Source: a virus
IMG/VR virus record: IMGVR_UViG_3300002835_000050
Span: 1-64,000 of that record
Strand: one strand, 5' to 3'
Length of the DNA stretch: 64,000 nt
Shown here: piece by piece, positions 8,443 to 18,700 of the stretch
Layout of the letters: each line of letters opens with the position of its first letter
How positions within the stretch are numbered: the stretch's first letter is position 1
Notes under the pieces: model-generated
The model's input: only the letters and a program-made list of their open reading frames with translations
Databases searched by the model: none
Told to the model about the DNA's origin: nothing
Made by a program: the position numbers and the translations under genes

Positions 8443-10854
8443 ATGTCCGTATCAACATATACCATTACCAGTTGTTGTTCTCAATCTGTAACTACAGGTA
8501 CTTTTACTATAAGTGGTGTAGCTCCAGGTAACTTTTTAGGAAATGATCTTTTTATATATAATGGTCTTAGTTATACTGAACCGACAACGGGTATGCAATT
8601 TATACACGGATTTTGTTATCAAGTAGTAACATTAAGTCCTGGTCCAATTACTACACCTGTTGCATTTAATCTAAATGATATTGTACTTGTAGTTAATGGT
8701 AAAAATTGTGCCGGAGGTATTCAATTAGGAGCATGTGTAACATGTGGTCCACCACCAGATGCATATCAAATTAGTCCTTGTTGTGATTTAACAAATACAA
8801 CAATTGTAAATATAGATCCAACATCATGTACTATAGTAGGTAATGTTTGGGTTTATACAGGTCCTGGATTTATTACAACTGGTGCTTATGGTGTACCTGG
8901 AAACTTTATGTTTTATACAGATGAATGTTATTATGTAACTCAAGTAGCTGATGGATGGTATCCACAAGGACCTCCATGTACAGACTTTGATTATATACCT
9001 GTAGATACATGTCTTGATGCAGATGCATTAGGAGAATGTCCTATTTGCCCAACATCATTACAATATTTAGCATTCAGAAGTTGTTGTGGTACAGGTTTTT
9101 TATTATTTAAAAATAATCCTGCATATACATATACAGGGATAAGAGAATATTTAGGTCCTTTAGTAGACGGGTTAGAAAATATTTGTTATGCAATAAGTGT
9201 ACAAACTGCAGGCAGTGCTGATGTACCAACTACAGCAGCATATAATGCTTTACCAGATCCTCCAGCATTTGTTGAGGGATTAACATTTAGTACTATTTCT
9301 AATACTTCACAAGATTGTGCTGCATTTACTGCACAATGTCCTGTGTGTCTTATACCTTGTTATAGATTATATAGTTGTGATGGTCAAATCTTTAATACTA
9401 TATTAGATTTATCTGCTTATGTAGGTGAGTTTATTACTATTTCAGATGCTGATGGTCCTGTACCAGGTGTATGGTTTGTAACATTATATACAGGAAGTTG
9501 TTTTGATGCACTTGATGATATTATTGTAGATGGTATTGCAACTGATCCATGTATACCACAATGTTATGAAGTACTAGGAACAGGATCAATTACTTATATT
9601 GATACTACATTAAATCTTGTTACAGCTTTTGCACCCTTAAAGTTTTGTTCATATGTGTATCCTCAAATATCAGGTACATTTACAATAAATACTTATGGAG
9701 ATTGTGTACCTGATCCTGTAACATTAGATTTAACATGTCCTTTATTATGTTTTAAGTTAACTAACTGTGTAACTAATCAGATATATAATTCTAATACACA
9801 AGTATTATCTCAGTATTTAGGACAGATTGTGACTATTGCTGGATATGATGGATGCTGGTTAGTAGAGTTAAATGAAGATGAATGTGATTGTCCAATCAAT
9901 GTATCAGTTCTTCAAAGCTTTACAGATTGTGTAGCATGTTTACCTATCATTAATTATAGATTTGTAAACTGTTTAAACTCATTACAAGTACAATATTCTG
10001 ATTTAGACTATAGTGCATTAGTAGGACAAGTAGTAGAATTAGGTTGTGGAGGTTGTTGGATAGTAGAACAAATTGATTACTATCCTCCAAGCATTCAGAT
10101 CATTACAGTATTGTATGTATTTGGGACATGTCTTGATTGTTCAAGAACTTATTACAAACTTACAGACTGTGATGGTATTGAAGCTGACGTATATACTTAT
10201 ACAGATTTATCAACTTACCTTAACTTAGATCAGACAATTACATTAAAAGGTTGTACTACATGTTGGACAATTGAAGAGACAAGAGAAGGTTCTGCTTTAG
10301 CGGGATTGGTAAATGTAGAAAATGCATATGATGATTGTGCTGAATGTGGTAATGATAAACCATGTCTTTGTAGTTCTATCAGAAATGATGGTACAGTAGC
10401 TAGAACATTTGATTATGTAGATTGTACAGGGGTAACTCAAACAACACCATTAATACAACCTGGAGAAACATCATTAAGATATTGTTTAAGAACATGGAAG
10501 AATAATGTTACTCTTACTAATTATGTTAAGTACTATGGTACATGTACAAATGGAGTATGTCCCCCAATGGTATATAATGTAAGAAGTATTAAACCAGGAT
10601 ATAATACACCAGCATGTAGTGCTGAAAAATATGAAACAATTTCTTGTAAGTCAGCACAAATTTTATACAGAAATGTATTGACTTTAAGATATGGAATAAG
10701 TAATTGTTGTCCAGAAGAAGATGAGTATTGGCTAGTTAAAAAAGAACTAATTGATATTGCTGCTTTGTACAATCCAGATTATCCATGTGCCCCATCAAAT
10801 AGTTGTGGTTGTGGACAACCAAGTGATTGTGGATGTAATAGTTGCAATTCTTAA
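8443..10854 (+). CDS. Large Cys-rich repeat protein (putative fibre/decoration protein)
   Basis: Three YxxxxCC units followed by four C/Y-x-L-x-x-C...LSxYxG...CWxVE units. Confidence 0.55.
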   Translation: MSVSTYTITSCCSQSVTTGTFTISGVAPGNFLGNDLFIYNGLSYTEPTTGMQFIHGFCYQVVTLSPGPITTPVAFNLNDIVLVVNGKNCAGGIQLGACVTCGPPPDAYQISPCCDLTNTTIVNIDPTSCTIVGNVWVYTGPGFITTGAYGVPGNFMFYTDECYYVTQVADGWYPQGPPCTDFDYIPVDTCLDADALGECPICPTSLQYLAFRSCCGTGFLLFKNNPAYTYTGIREYLGPLVDGLENICYAISVQTAGSADVPTTAAYNALPDPPAFVEGLTFSTISNTSQDCAAFTAQCPVCLIPCYRLYSCDGQIFNTILDLSAYVGEFITISDADGPVPGVWFVTLYTGSCFDALDDIIVDGIATDPCIPQCYEVLGTGSITYIDTTLNLVTAFAPLKFCSYVYPQISGTFTINTYGDCVPDPVTLDLTCPLLCFKLTNCVTNQIYNSNTQVLSQYLGQIVTIAGYDGCWLVELNEDECDCPINVSVLQSFTDCVACLPIINYRFVNCLNSLQVQYSDLDYSALVGQVVELGCGGCWIVEQIDYYPPSIQIITVLYVFGTCLDCSRTYYKLTDCDGIEADVYTYTDLSTYLNLDQTITLKGCTTCWTIEETREGSALAGLVNVENAYDDCAECGNDKPCLCSSIRNDGTVARTFDYVDCTGVTQTTPLIQPGETSLRYCLRTWKNNVTLTNYVKYYGTCTNGVCPPMVYNVRSIKPGYNTPACSAEKYETISCKSAQILYRNVLTLRYGISNCCPEEDEYWLVKKELIDIAALYNPDYPCAPSNSCGCGQPSDCGCNSCNS

Positions 10855-10872
10855 TTATAATTAGTATATTAT
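10842..10872 (+). promoter_or_regulatory. Putative late promoter (TTG-N20-TATATT)
   Basis: TTAGTATATT at 10861-10870; TTG 20 nt upstream of TATATT. Confidence 0.5.
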
Positions 10873-10888
10873 TATTAATAGAAAAAGT

Positions 10889-12382
10889 ATGAAGCCTTTA
10901 AATTTAGACAATTCGCCATGTTCTCCAATGTCATCTAACTGTGTTATTTGGCAAGGACCTGATATTCCATGTATCAAGTTATGTAAAGGTGATACAATAT
11001 CAGACATAGTTAATAAATTAGCTATTGAATTATGTACTATCATAGAAACAATGAATGTTGGTAACTATGATCTTACATGTTTTAATGCTGTTGGATGTCC
11101 TCCTTCAAATTTTCAAGCATTGATCCAATACTTGATTGATGAGATTTGTAGACAGAATGAAATTATAATTAATGGTTCATCTAGTGGATCAAGTTCATCT
11201 TGTCCTGATTGTGTAGTTAGTGTTGCTCCTTGTTTTGTTACAGGAAATCAAACTAGTATGCAATTGGTAGATTATGTTAATATGATTGCAAATAAGATCT
11301 GTACTTTAATTACACAAATTACAGATTTACAAAATCAAATTAATGATTTAGATACTAGAGTAACTATATTAGAAAACACACCTCCAGGAACATATACATT
11401 ACCAGATATTGCTACAGGATGTTTAGCAACAGCAGTAGGTGCCTCATCTGCTGCAATTAATTTAGTATTAGATGCTTTAGTAAATGATCCAGGAACTGGT
11501 TATTGTGCTTTAATTGGATCATTAGGTTTACCTGTAGATATTAATGCTGCAATTGCTGCACAATGTATTACTGATAGTTCTACATCTTTAGTATATGGTA
11601 CACCTATGGGAACAGCTTATCCTTCTTGGGAAAGTTCACCAAATACTTTATCAGAATCATTTATTGATGTGTGGTTAAGTGTATGTGATATATATAATTA
11701 TTTATTAGTTAATGCAAGCACAGTAGTTGTAGCTGCTGGAGAAAATATTACAGTAGTTCCTACAGTAGTAGGTACAACAACAACATACACTGTTGGTTCA
11801 GTTGGTTTAAATTCATTTGTGGCAGAGTTAATTATTAATGGAAGTAGACAACCAGCTAACGGTTCTATTCCAGCTATAACACCTGCTGCTCAGACAGGTT
11901 TACCAAGTAGTATAGTAGTAAATCAGTATAACTCTATTACATCAAATAATGTACAAGTTATTGCAGCAGCAACTCCATTAACATATGTAATTAATGCATC
12001 TATACCGCCTTGTCCATTTGGAACTTTTGATAATGCTACAGGAGGTAAGTTTACAATTACTGAAGCAGGAATGTATTTAGTTGAAGCATCTGTATATTTA
12101 AAATCAGATAATACTTCAACATCTTATTGGCAAGCAGCCGGAACTGGTTCTTTTGGAGTAGGTATTTTAGTAGATACTCAACAACCATTATTTGGATCAT
12201 TTAAAACAGTTACTGCGAGTGTAGATAAAAATGTTGAAATTGCTGGATCAGCTGTAGTATATTTAGCTGCAGCAACAGTTCTTTCATTAGGTGTATTAAA
12301 TACTACATCTAGAAGTTATGTGGGCAACAGTTATACTAATGATGATAAAATTAGATTTTCAATAACACAAATAAGATTATAA
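10889..12382 (+). CDS. Putative trimeric fibre: Cys-rich N-terminus, coiled coil, C-terminal C1q/TNF-like beta head
   Basis: Heptad ITQITDLQNQINDLDTRVTILE; FDNATGGKFTITEAGMYLVEASV matches the C1q-type FxxxxGxFTxxxxGxY pattern. Confidence 0.6.
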   Translation: MKPLNLDNSPCSPMSSNCVIWQGPDIPCIKLCKGDTISDIVNKLAIELCTIIETMNVGNYDLTCFNAVGCPPSNFQALIQYLIDEICRQNEIIINGSSSGSSSSCPDCVVSVAPCFVTGNQTSMQLVDYVNMIANKICTLITQITDLQNQINDLDTRVTILENTPPGTYTLPDIATGCLATAVGASSAAINLVLDALVNDPGTGYCALIGSLGLPVDINAAIAAQCITDSSTSLVYGTPMGTAYPSWESSPNTLSESFIDVWLSVCDIYNYLLVNASTVVVAAGENITVVPTVVGTTTTYTVGSVGLNSFVAELIINGSRQPANGSIPAITPAAQTGLPSSIVVNQYNSITSNNVQVIAAATPLTYVINASIPPCPFGTFDNATGGKFTITEAGMYLVEASVYLKSDNTSTSYWQAAGTGSFGVGILVDTQQPLFGSFKTVTASVDKNVEIAGSAVVYLAAATVLSLGVLNTTSRSYVGNSYTNDDKIRFSITQIRL

Positions 12383-13329
12383 TGGGACTTTTAAATACAT
12401 GTGCAAAATGTGGATGTGAAGATAATTTCTTAACAACACCACCTCCATGCCCAACAGCAATAGCATGTCCTACAGAAGAATGTTCTGCAGTACAGTATGC
12501 AAAATGTATAGCTTATACGGGCAGTGATATAGAATGTAATAATGATATAGTAGTACCTACTGATACAAATATGGCTGCTGCTATTAATAACATTGTAGAT
12601 TACTTTTGTACCGTTACTACAGTGCCAACTGCAATTTTATGCGATACAGATGTAGTTGTAGCTGCAAATACAGTTATTGTTGAAGCTTTAGCCGATACAA
12701 TTTCTTATTTCTGTAGTGCAACAACAGTACCTGCAATTCTTGATTGTAATTCAGCTACTGTAGTAGCAGCTAATACACCTGTAGTAACTGCATTAGGAAA
12801 CATTGTAGATTATTTTTGTAGTGTAACTACAACTAGTGCTAACATAACATGTGGTACAGATGTAGTAGTAGTTTCAGGAACTCCTGTGTTAGGTGCTTTA
12901 GTTTCAATGACTAATTATTTTTGTACTGAAATTGCTAACTTACCAACAGTATCTATACTTGGTGATAATGGAATTTTAGTTACCCCAGTTGTTGTAGGTA
13001 CTAATACTGAATATACAATAAGTGCAAATGGACTTAAGAAGTTTGTAAAAGAATTTACAGGTATAGAATTTGATGGTCAAGTAATAACTATACTGGGTAC
13101 AGAACTTACAGCATGTGACTTATTATCATCAGCTTGTGGTGTTAGCACAACTAAAGCATCAGATTTTACATTTAACATTATGTATCTTTTTGCAGGAAAT
13201 TGGATTAGTCTTACAAATCAAGCAGGAGTTGTCGTACAAGCAAATGATACCACAGGAAATATTTCAATTACTTTAGGTATACCAGCCGTTGATCCACCAG
13301 TTACTGTAAGAGTAACTATTATTGGATAA
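12382..13329 (+). CDS. Putative fibre protein with four ~35-aa C..VV..T..A...YFC repeats
   Basis: Repeats visible in the translation; shares motifs with the upstream fibre gene. Confidence 0.55.
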   Translation: MGLLNTCAKCGCEDNFLTTPPPCPTAIACPTEECSAVQYAKCIAYTGSDIECNNDIVVPTDTNMAAAINNIVDYFCTVTTVPTAILCDTDVVVAANTVIVEALADTISYFCSATTVPAILDCNSATVVAANTPVVTALGNIVDYFCSVTTTSANITCGTDVVVVSGTPVLGALVSMTNYFCTEIANLPTVSILGDNGILVTPVVVGTNTEYTISANGLKKFVKEFTGIEFDGQVITILGTELTACDLLSSACGVSTTKASDFTFNIMYLFAGNWISLTNQAGVVVQANDTTGNISITLGIPAVDPPVTVRVTIIG

Positions 13330-13335
13330 AAAGAA

Positions 13336-13369
13336 GTTACAGTTTGTTGGTTTCTGTGACAACAACAAC
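13336..13369 (+). ncRNA. Candidate structured RNA element (hairpin/pseudoknot)
   Basis: GTTACAG/CTGTGAC stem, loop TTTGTTGGTTT, downstream CAACAA complementary to the loop. Confidence 0.35.
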
Positions 13370-13371
13370 TT

Positions 13372-13403
13372 AACCCTTGCACTTGCAGGGGTTTTGTTTT
13401 TTT
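13372..13403 (+). terminator. Rho-independent terminator
   Basis: AACCCTTGCA-ct-TGCAGGGGTT followed by a T-rich tail. Confidence 0.8.
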
Positions 13404-13409
13404 ACTACA

Positions 13410-13441
13410 TTTGCTAGTCTCATTAATTTTTAGTATATTAA
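13410..13441 (+). promoter_or_regulatory. Putative late promoter (TTTG-N20-TATATTAA)
   Basis: TTTG at 13410, TATATT at 13434, immediately after a terminator. Confidence 0.6.
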
Positions 13442-13451
13442 TATATATGGT

Positions 13452-14033
13452 ATGAAGGAATTTAAAAAACCAGATGTAAAGGCTCCTAGATTTAGACCTG
13501 AAATAAAAAATGTTCTAGATAAAGAGTTTTTTAAATTATTTAAAAGTAAGTATCCTAAGTACAAAGACTTAGATGAAGTTTTGATTAGAACTGTTATTAA
13601 GAAGTTTAATCAAACAGTTTATCAGACAGTAATAGAAACAAGGGATGGGGTTCAATTACCAGAACAAATTGGTTGGCTGTTCATCGGAACATGTCAACAA
13701 AGTGTAAAAGAAAATATTGATTACTCAAAGTCATTGAAATATGGAGTAAAGGTAACTAACAAGAACTGGGACTCAGATGGTAAATTAGCTAAAATCTTTT
13801 TTTCCAATCATGCCCCAAAGCACAAAATAAAGAATAGAGAATTTTGGAGCTTTGTAGCATGTAGAGAATTTAAGAGAGCGGTTGCTAAAACATATCCTGA
13901 GAACTGGCAAATGTATATAGCTGCTGATCCAAAAACTAAAATACAATGGGCATACAGTAGATCAGTTTATAAAGAAATGAAAGCTAAGGAAACAACCAAG
14001 GCTTTACAAAATTATAATGAATTTGACTTATGA
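13452..14033 (+). CDS. HU/IHF-like protein of the crAss-like tail module
   Basis: Helix then GVQLPEQIGWLFI beta-hairpin (HU-like VxLxGFGxF); basic; lies upstream of ring/muzzle genes as in crAss-like phages. Confidence 0.55.
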   Translation: MKEFKKPDVKAPRFRPEIKNVLDKEFFKLFKSKYPKYKDLDEVLIRTVIKKFNQTVYQTVIETRDGVQLPEQIGWLFIGTCQQSVKENIDYSKSLKYGVKVTNKNWDSDGKLAKIFFSNHAPKHKIKNREFWSFVACREFKRAVAKTYPENWQMYIAADPKTKIQWAYSRSVYKEMKAKETTKALQNYNEFDL

Positions 14034-14692
14034 CAACAATTGGTGAAGCAATATCAAGAGTAAGGAATACCCTTAAAGCAGTTAAAGAAGATCCCTTCTT
14101 AACTGATAGAACAATCTATTATTCTCTAATGAAGTATGCACAGACATTAATCAAAAGAGAAGATAATCAAAATAGGCTTATGAAGATGAGTCAGATCTTT
14201 AAGGTTATGCCTTATGTAGAACTGATTGATGTAGATAAAGTTGAAGCAGGTTGTATTGGGGTTTACTCTGAATGTTACTTCAAAAGATCTAAAGAAAAGC
14301 TTCCTACTATTTTAAATGGAATGTTTGGTCCACTTATCCGTACAACATCATCTATTGATGGTACTATAGAAATGTTTAGAACAGATCCCGGTACATGGGC
14401 TTCAATAACTAAGTCTACTACTTTTAGATATAATAGAAAACAATACTTCTGGTATCTTAATGGTTATATATATTGTCCTAATGTAGATTGGGATGCAATT
14501 AGAATTGAAGCAATCTTTGATGGTGTACTTGAAACATGTGATACAGATCCATGTTTACTAAGACAAGATGATCAATTTGTTTTACCAGAATATTTATTTT
14601 CAGAAGTAGAACAGTTTGTAATAAAAGAATTAACAATGACTTTATCAATGCCAGGTGATGGTGCAGATGATAGTCAAAATGCATTTAGATAA
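14030..14692 (+). CDS. Tail ring/tubular protein
   Basis: Synteny; YFWYLNGYIY motif, helical N- and C-termini. Confidence 0.55.
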   Translation: MTTIGEAISRVRNTLKAVKEDPFLTDRTIYYSLMKYAQTLIKREDNQNRLMKMSQIFKVMPYVELIDVDKVEAGCIGVYSECYFKRSKEKLPTILNGMFGPLIRTTSSIDGTIEMFRTDPGTWASITKSTTFRYNRKQYFWYLNGYIYCPNVDWDAIRIEAIFDGVLETCDTDPCLLRQDDQFVLPEYLFSEVEQFVIKELTMTLSMPGDGADDSQNAFR

Positions 14693-15792
14693 TGGATTAT
14701 AATTACACATTGCGCTATAGAACATTTGACCAGATGCTGGAAGATGTTACTATTGATTTAAATACATTTGCTTTAGAGAATATGATTGAGCCTCAACAGC
14801 TTATCAAATTAGCTAAGAAGATTAATTATGATTTAGGTCTTAGAATTAATCAGACTAAAGAAGTAGCTTTAGATGTGTGTCATGGTAGAGTAAAATTACC
14901 AGATGATTTCTATACATGGAACTTTGGTTTAGTTTGTGGAGAATATGTAGTTAATACAGGTTATGGTGGTGCTGCATCCGGAACTAATATACAAGAAGTT
15001 CCGTATGTTGAGACTCCTTCTACAGTAGACTTATGTGCTCCTATAACAGTTAACTGTGCGGTATGTAATGCAAATCCTTGTAATCATACAGCAGCTTGTC
15101 CAGGAAACACATGTTCTTCAACGTGTCCATCTCCTACAATACCTGATGCATATGATCCAAATAATCCATATGGTGATACATGTATCCGTCCTAGAGTTTT
15201 CATGAACTGTAAAGGAGATAAATATGAATTAATACAAGTTATTAACCCTACTCAAACAAGAGTGTATAGAAGTCTTGTTCCATTAAGAATGGCAGTAGGT
15301 CAGGGCGTAGAACCAGGTTGTCCTAATATAAATGTAAATGTTGCTAACTCAGGTTTTATTAGAGGAGGTTTCCTATTTACTAATTTTCAAGAAGGTACCG
15401 TGTATATAAATTACCAAGGTCAAATGGAAGATGACAATGGGAACTTAATGGTACCTGATCATGATCTATTGAATGAGTATTATGAATATGCATTGAAGTT
15501 AAGAATCTTAGAAAACTTATATTTGAATGGGGAAGATGTAGCACAAAAAATGGGATTGATAGAACAAAGATTAAAAGCTGCTAGAAATCAAGCACTTAGT
15601 TTAGTTAATACTCCTAACTTTAGAGAGCTATATGATATATGGTGGACTAATAGGAGAGCACAGAATTCTAAATACTATGATATGTTTAATTCATATATTC
15701 CAGAAAATGCCCGTCCACAGAATCCAAATAATACAAGAGTAGTTGGATCAGGAAATGGACATGGATTTAACTCAAGAGGCACAGGTAGATAA
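14692..15792 (+). CDS. Tail ring/tubular protein with Cys-rich insertion
   Basis: VKLPDDF, FTNFQEGTVYINY, DDNGNLMVPD motifs; synteny. Confidence 0.55.
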   Translation: MDYNYTLRYRTFDQMLEDVTIDLNTFALENMIEPQQLIKLAKKINYDLGLRINQTKEVALDVCHGRVKLPDDFYTWNFGLVCGEYVVNTGYGGAASGTNIQEVPYVETPSTVDLCAPITVNCAVCNANPCNHTAACPGNTCSSTCPSPTIPDAYDPNNPYGDTCIRPRVFMNCKGDKYELIQVINPTQTRVYRSLVPLRMAVGQGVEPGCPNINVNVANSGFIRGGFLFTNFQEGTVYINYQGQMEDDNGNLMVPDHDLLNEYYEYALKLRILENLYLNGEDVAQKMGLIEQRLKAARNQALSLVNTPNFRELYDIWWTNRRAQNSKYYDMFNSYIPENARPQNPNNTRVVGSGNGHGFNSRGTGR

Positions 15793-15794
15793 TC

Positions 15795-18700
15795 ATGGCA
15801 GGTAAGATACAAAATACATCACAGAATATTAACCATAGTTTTACTAAAGGGTTAAATAAAGATTCAGATCCTTCTTTTGTACAAGATGGAATGTGGACAT
15901 ATGCACGTAATGCAGTAAACAATACTGTAGAAGGAGATCTAGGAGCAATCTCAAATGAGACTTCTAATTTTTTATGTGCTACAACAGGATCTACTATGCC
16001 TCCAATAGCAATCAAAAAATATATTATTGGTGCTATACAAGTTTATTCTGACAAGTGGTTAATATTTACAGCAGGTCATAATTCAAAAGGGCAACCTGTT
16101 AATTCTGAAATAGGACTATTAGAAGAAGAAAGATGTATCTATAGACCTATTGTTCAAGACTCTTGTTTAGGTTTTGATAAAAGATATTTAATATCTGGAG
16201 TATCTAGAGAAAAAGAAGATTGTACATGGCAAGTATATTTTGCAGATGGTTTAAATCCTGATAGATATCTTAATATTGGAGATCCTCAGACATGGCCTTC
16301 AAGTGGATATACTTGGATGGGAACAACAGCTGATATGAATTACTATACTAACGGTATAGATAAAATTCTTTGGCCTGGTGTACGTTGGAAAGAATTATGT
16401 AGTGACTCATTTGGAGTAACACAAACAACTCCTGGAGTTTGGCCAACAGGTAGTCCACAAGGATGTATAATTTGTAAAGACTTAAACTCATTAGATTGTG
16501 ATAAGATTAGATTAGCAAGACTAATGACTACACCCTGTCTTAAATTACGTCCAGGTTCATCTGGTGGTACTCTAAGAAATGGAACATATTTTGCTGTTAT
16601 AGCTTATACTATTAAAGGACAAAAAGTAACAGACTATTTTTCTCCAAGTAATACTCAACCTTTATGGACAGTAAATGATTCTGAAAGTTCACTTACACTT
16701 ACAATAGAAGCAGACTTTGTTAACTTTGATGAGTTTGTATTAGTGATAGTACAAAATATTAATCAAGGAACCGTTGCAAGACAGATTGGTACATACTCAA
16801 CTAAAACTACAAGAATTGAATTAGATCAGATAAAGGAAGATCTTATTACAGTTCCTACAGAGTTTTTACCAATACAAACTCCTGTATTTGAAAAGTCAGA
16901 TCAAATTGCTGAAGTAAATAATTACTTGCTTAGAGTAGGACCTACTTCTAAGTTTGATTTTAACTACCAACCATTAGCTAATTTAATTAAAGCTAAGTGG
17001 GCTTCAGTAGAATACCCAGCTGATTATTATGTGAAAGGTGGTTGGAAAGGAAGTTACTTAAGAGATGAAGTATATGCATTCTTTATCCGTTGGGTATATG
17101 ATACAGGAGATAAATCTTCATCATACCATATTCCAGGAAGAGCTCCTTCAACTTATACTTTACCTACATCAGGTAACTCAGTAGGAGAACTATTACTTAT
17201 ACCTAATGATCAAAATGCATTAGCTCCTGATGATCAAGTATTTGATGTATACAATACAGCAAGTGTTGATCCAGGCTCAACTTTAGTAAATACTGTATTA
17301 GAAGATGGAGGTAAGATTCTTGAAGTAGGTACTATGGGTTACTGGGAATCAACGGAAACATATCCTGATAATCAAGATTTTATTTGGAATGCTAGTTCAC
17401 ACTGCTGGACAGGAAAACAAAATTCTCCAAGTCAAGTATATGATCTATGTGGTTTACCAATAAGACATCATAAGTTTCCAGATAACTGTTTAAGCCCAAA
17501 CACTACACATTTTAAAAGTAATCCTAATTCATCTACACAAGGTGACTTGTTGAATATTAGAATTATGGGTGTATACTTTGAAAATATTATAACACCAAAA
17601 GATAATGAAGGTAATGAAGTAACAGGTGTTGTTGGTTATGAAATATTAAGAGGTTCTAGAGAAGGTAACAAATCTATCATTGCAAAAGGAATGATTAACA
17701 ATGTTAGAACTTATGCTATTAAAGGATCTGCAGCAAGAGGAAGAACAGGTATTTATCCTAACTATCCTTTTAACACAATTAAACCATTAAATAATATTGG
17801 TAGTAACGGTCAGGGTAACTATAATCTTAATGATCCTTATATTAGAATGACACCTACAGGATCAAATACTATAATAAATCAAACTATTCCTAAAGATATT
17901 GTTACTTTCCATTCACCGGATACAATGTTTAGAACACCTTTCTTATCTACTACAGAATTAAAACTCTATGGTTCTTTGTCAGGTTATTCTACACAAAACT
18001 TTCAGGATCCAGCTGAGCATCCTAAGTTTAAATTATTATCTGATTTTGTTATATTACCAATGTTCATGGTAGGTCTTGCTGAAGCAGTTGTATCTATCAC
18101 AGGTAAAAGAACAATGAATACATTAAGCCAACAAGATGTTTCTGCAGCATATGATACAAACTTATCAACTGTACCAGGAGTAGGAAATTCTCCAAGTTTA
18201 GTAGCTATTCCTCAACTAGCTGCTGCTAACGCAGCTATTAGTGTATATAATACAGCTGTAGAACTTTATTATAATTCAGCAGGAGGTTTATTTTTAGATG
18301 CTTTTGCTGTTATGTTTGGAGGTATTGATTCAAGTGTTCAAGCAATTGCTCAATCAACTTTACAATCAACATTAAATGGTATTGCTCTTTCAGGAACTTC
18401 TGGTTTAGGATATATTCCTTCTTTTACAGGTACTATTGAATATCCTTCTTATGCATATCTTCCTGGATTATTAAGAGCATTAGGGGGTATTAATCAATTC
18501 TTGTTTTATTTTGCTGAAGGGGCCAATACAAGTTTAGATTTTATTAATGCTATGCTACCATATGAGCAATTTGGAATGCAGTCACTTGCTCATGGTTTTT
18601 ATAGTGCTATGACTCCAGAAAATACTAAGACTGATATTGTTAGATTTAGAACTCCAGATAGTTTTTACATTAGAGATAATATTCAAGAAATCCCTAAATA

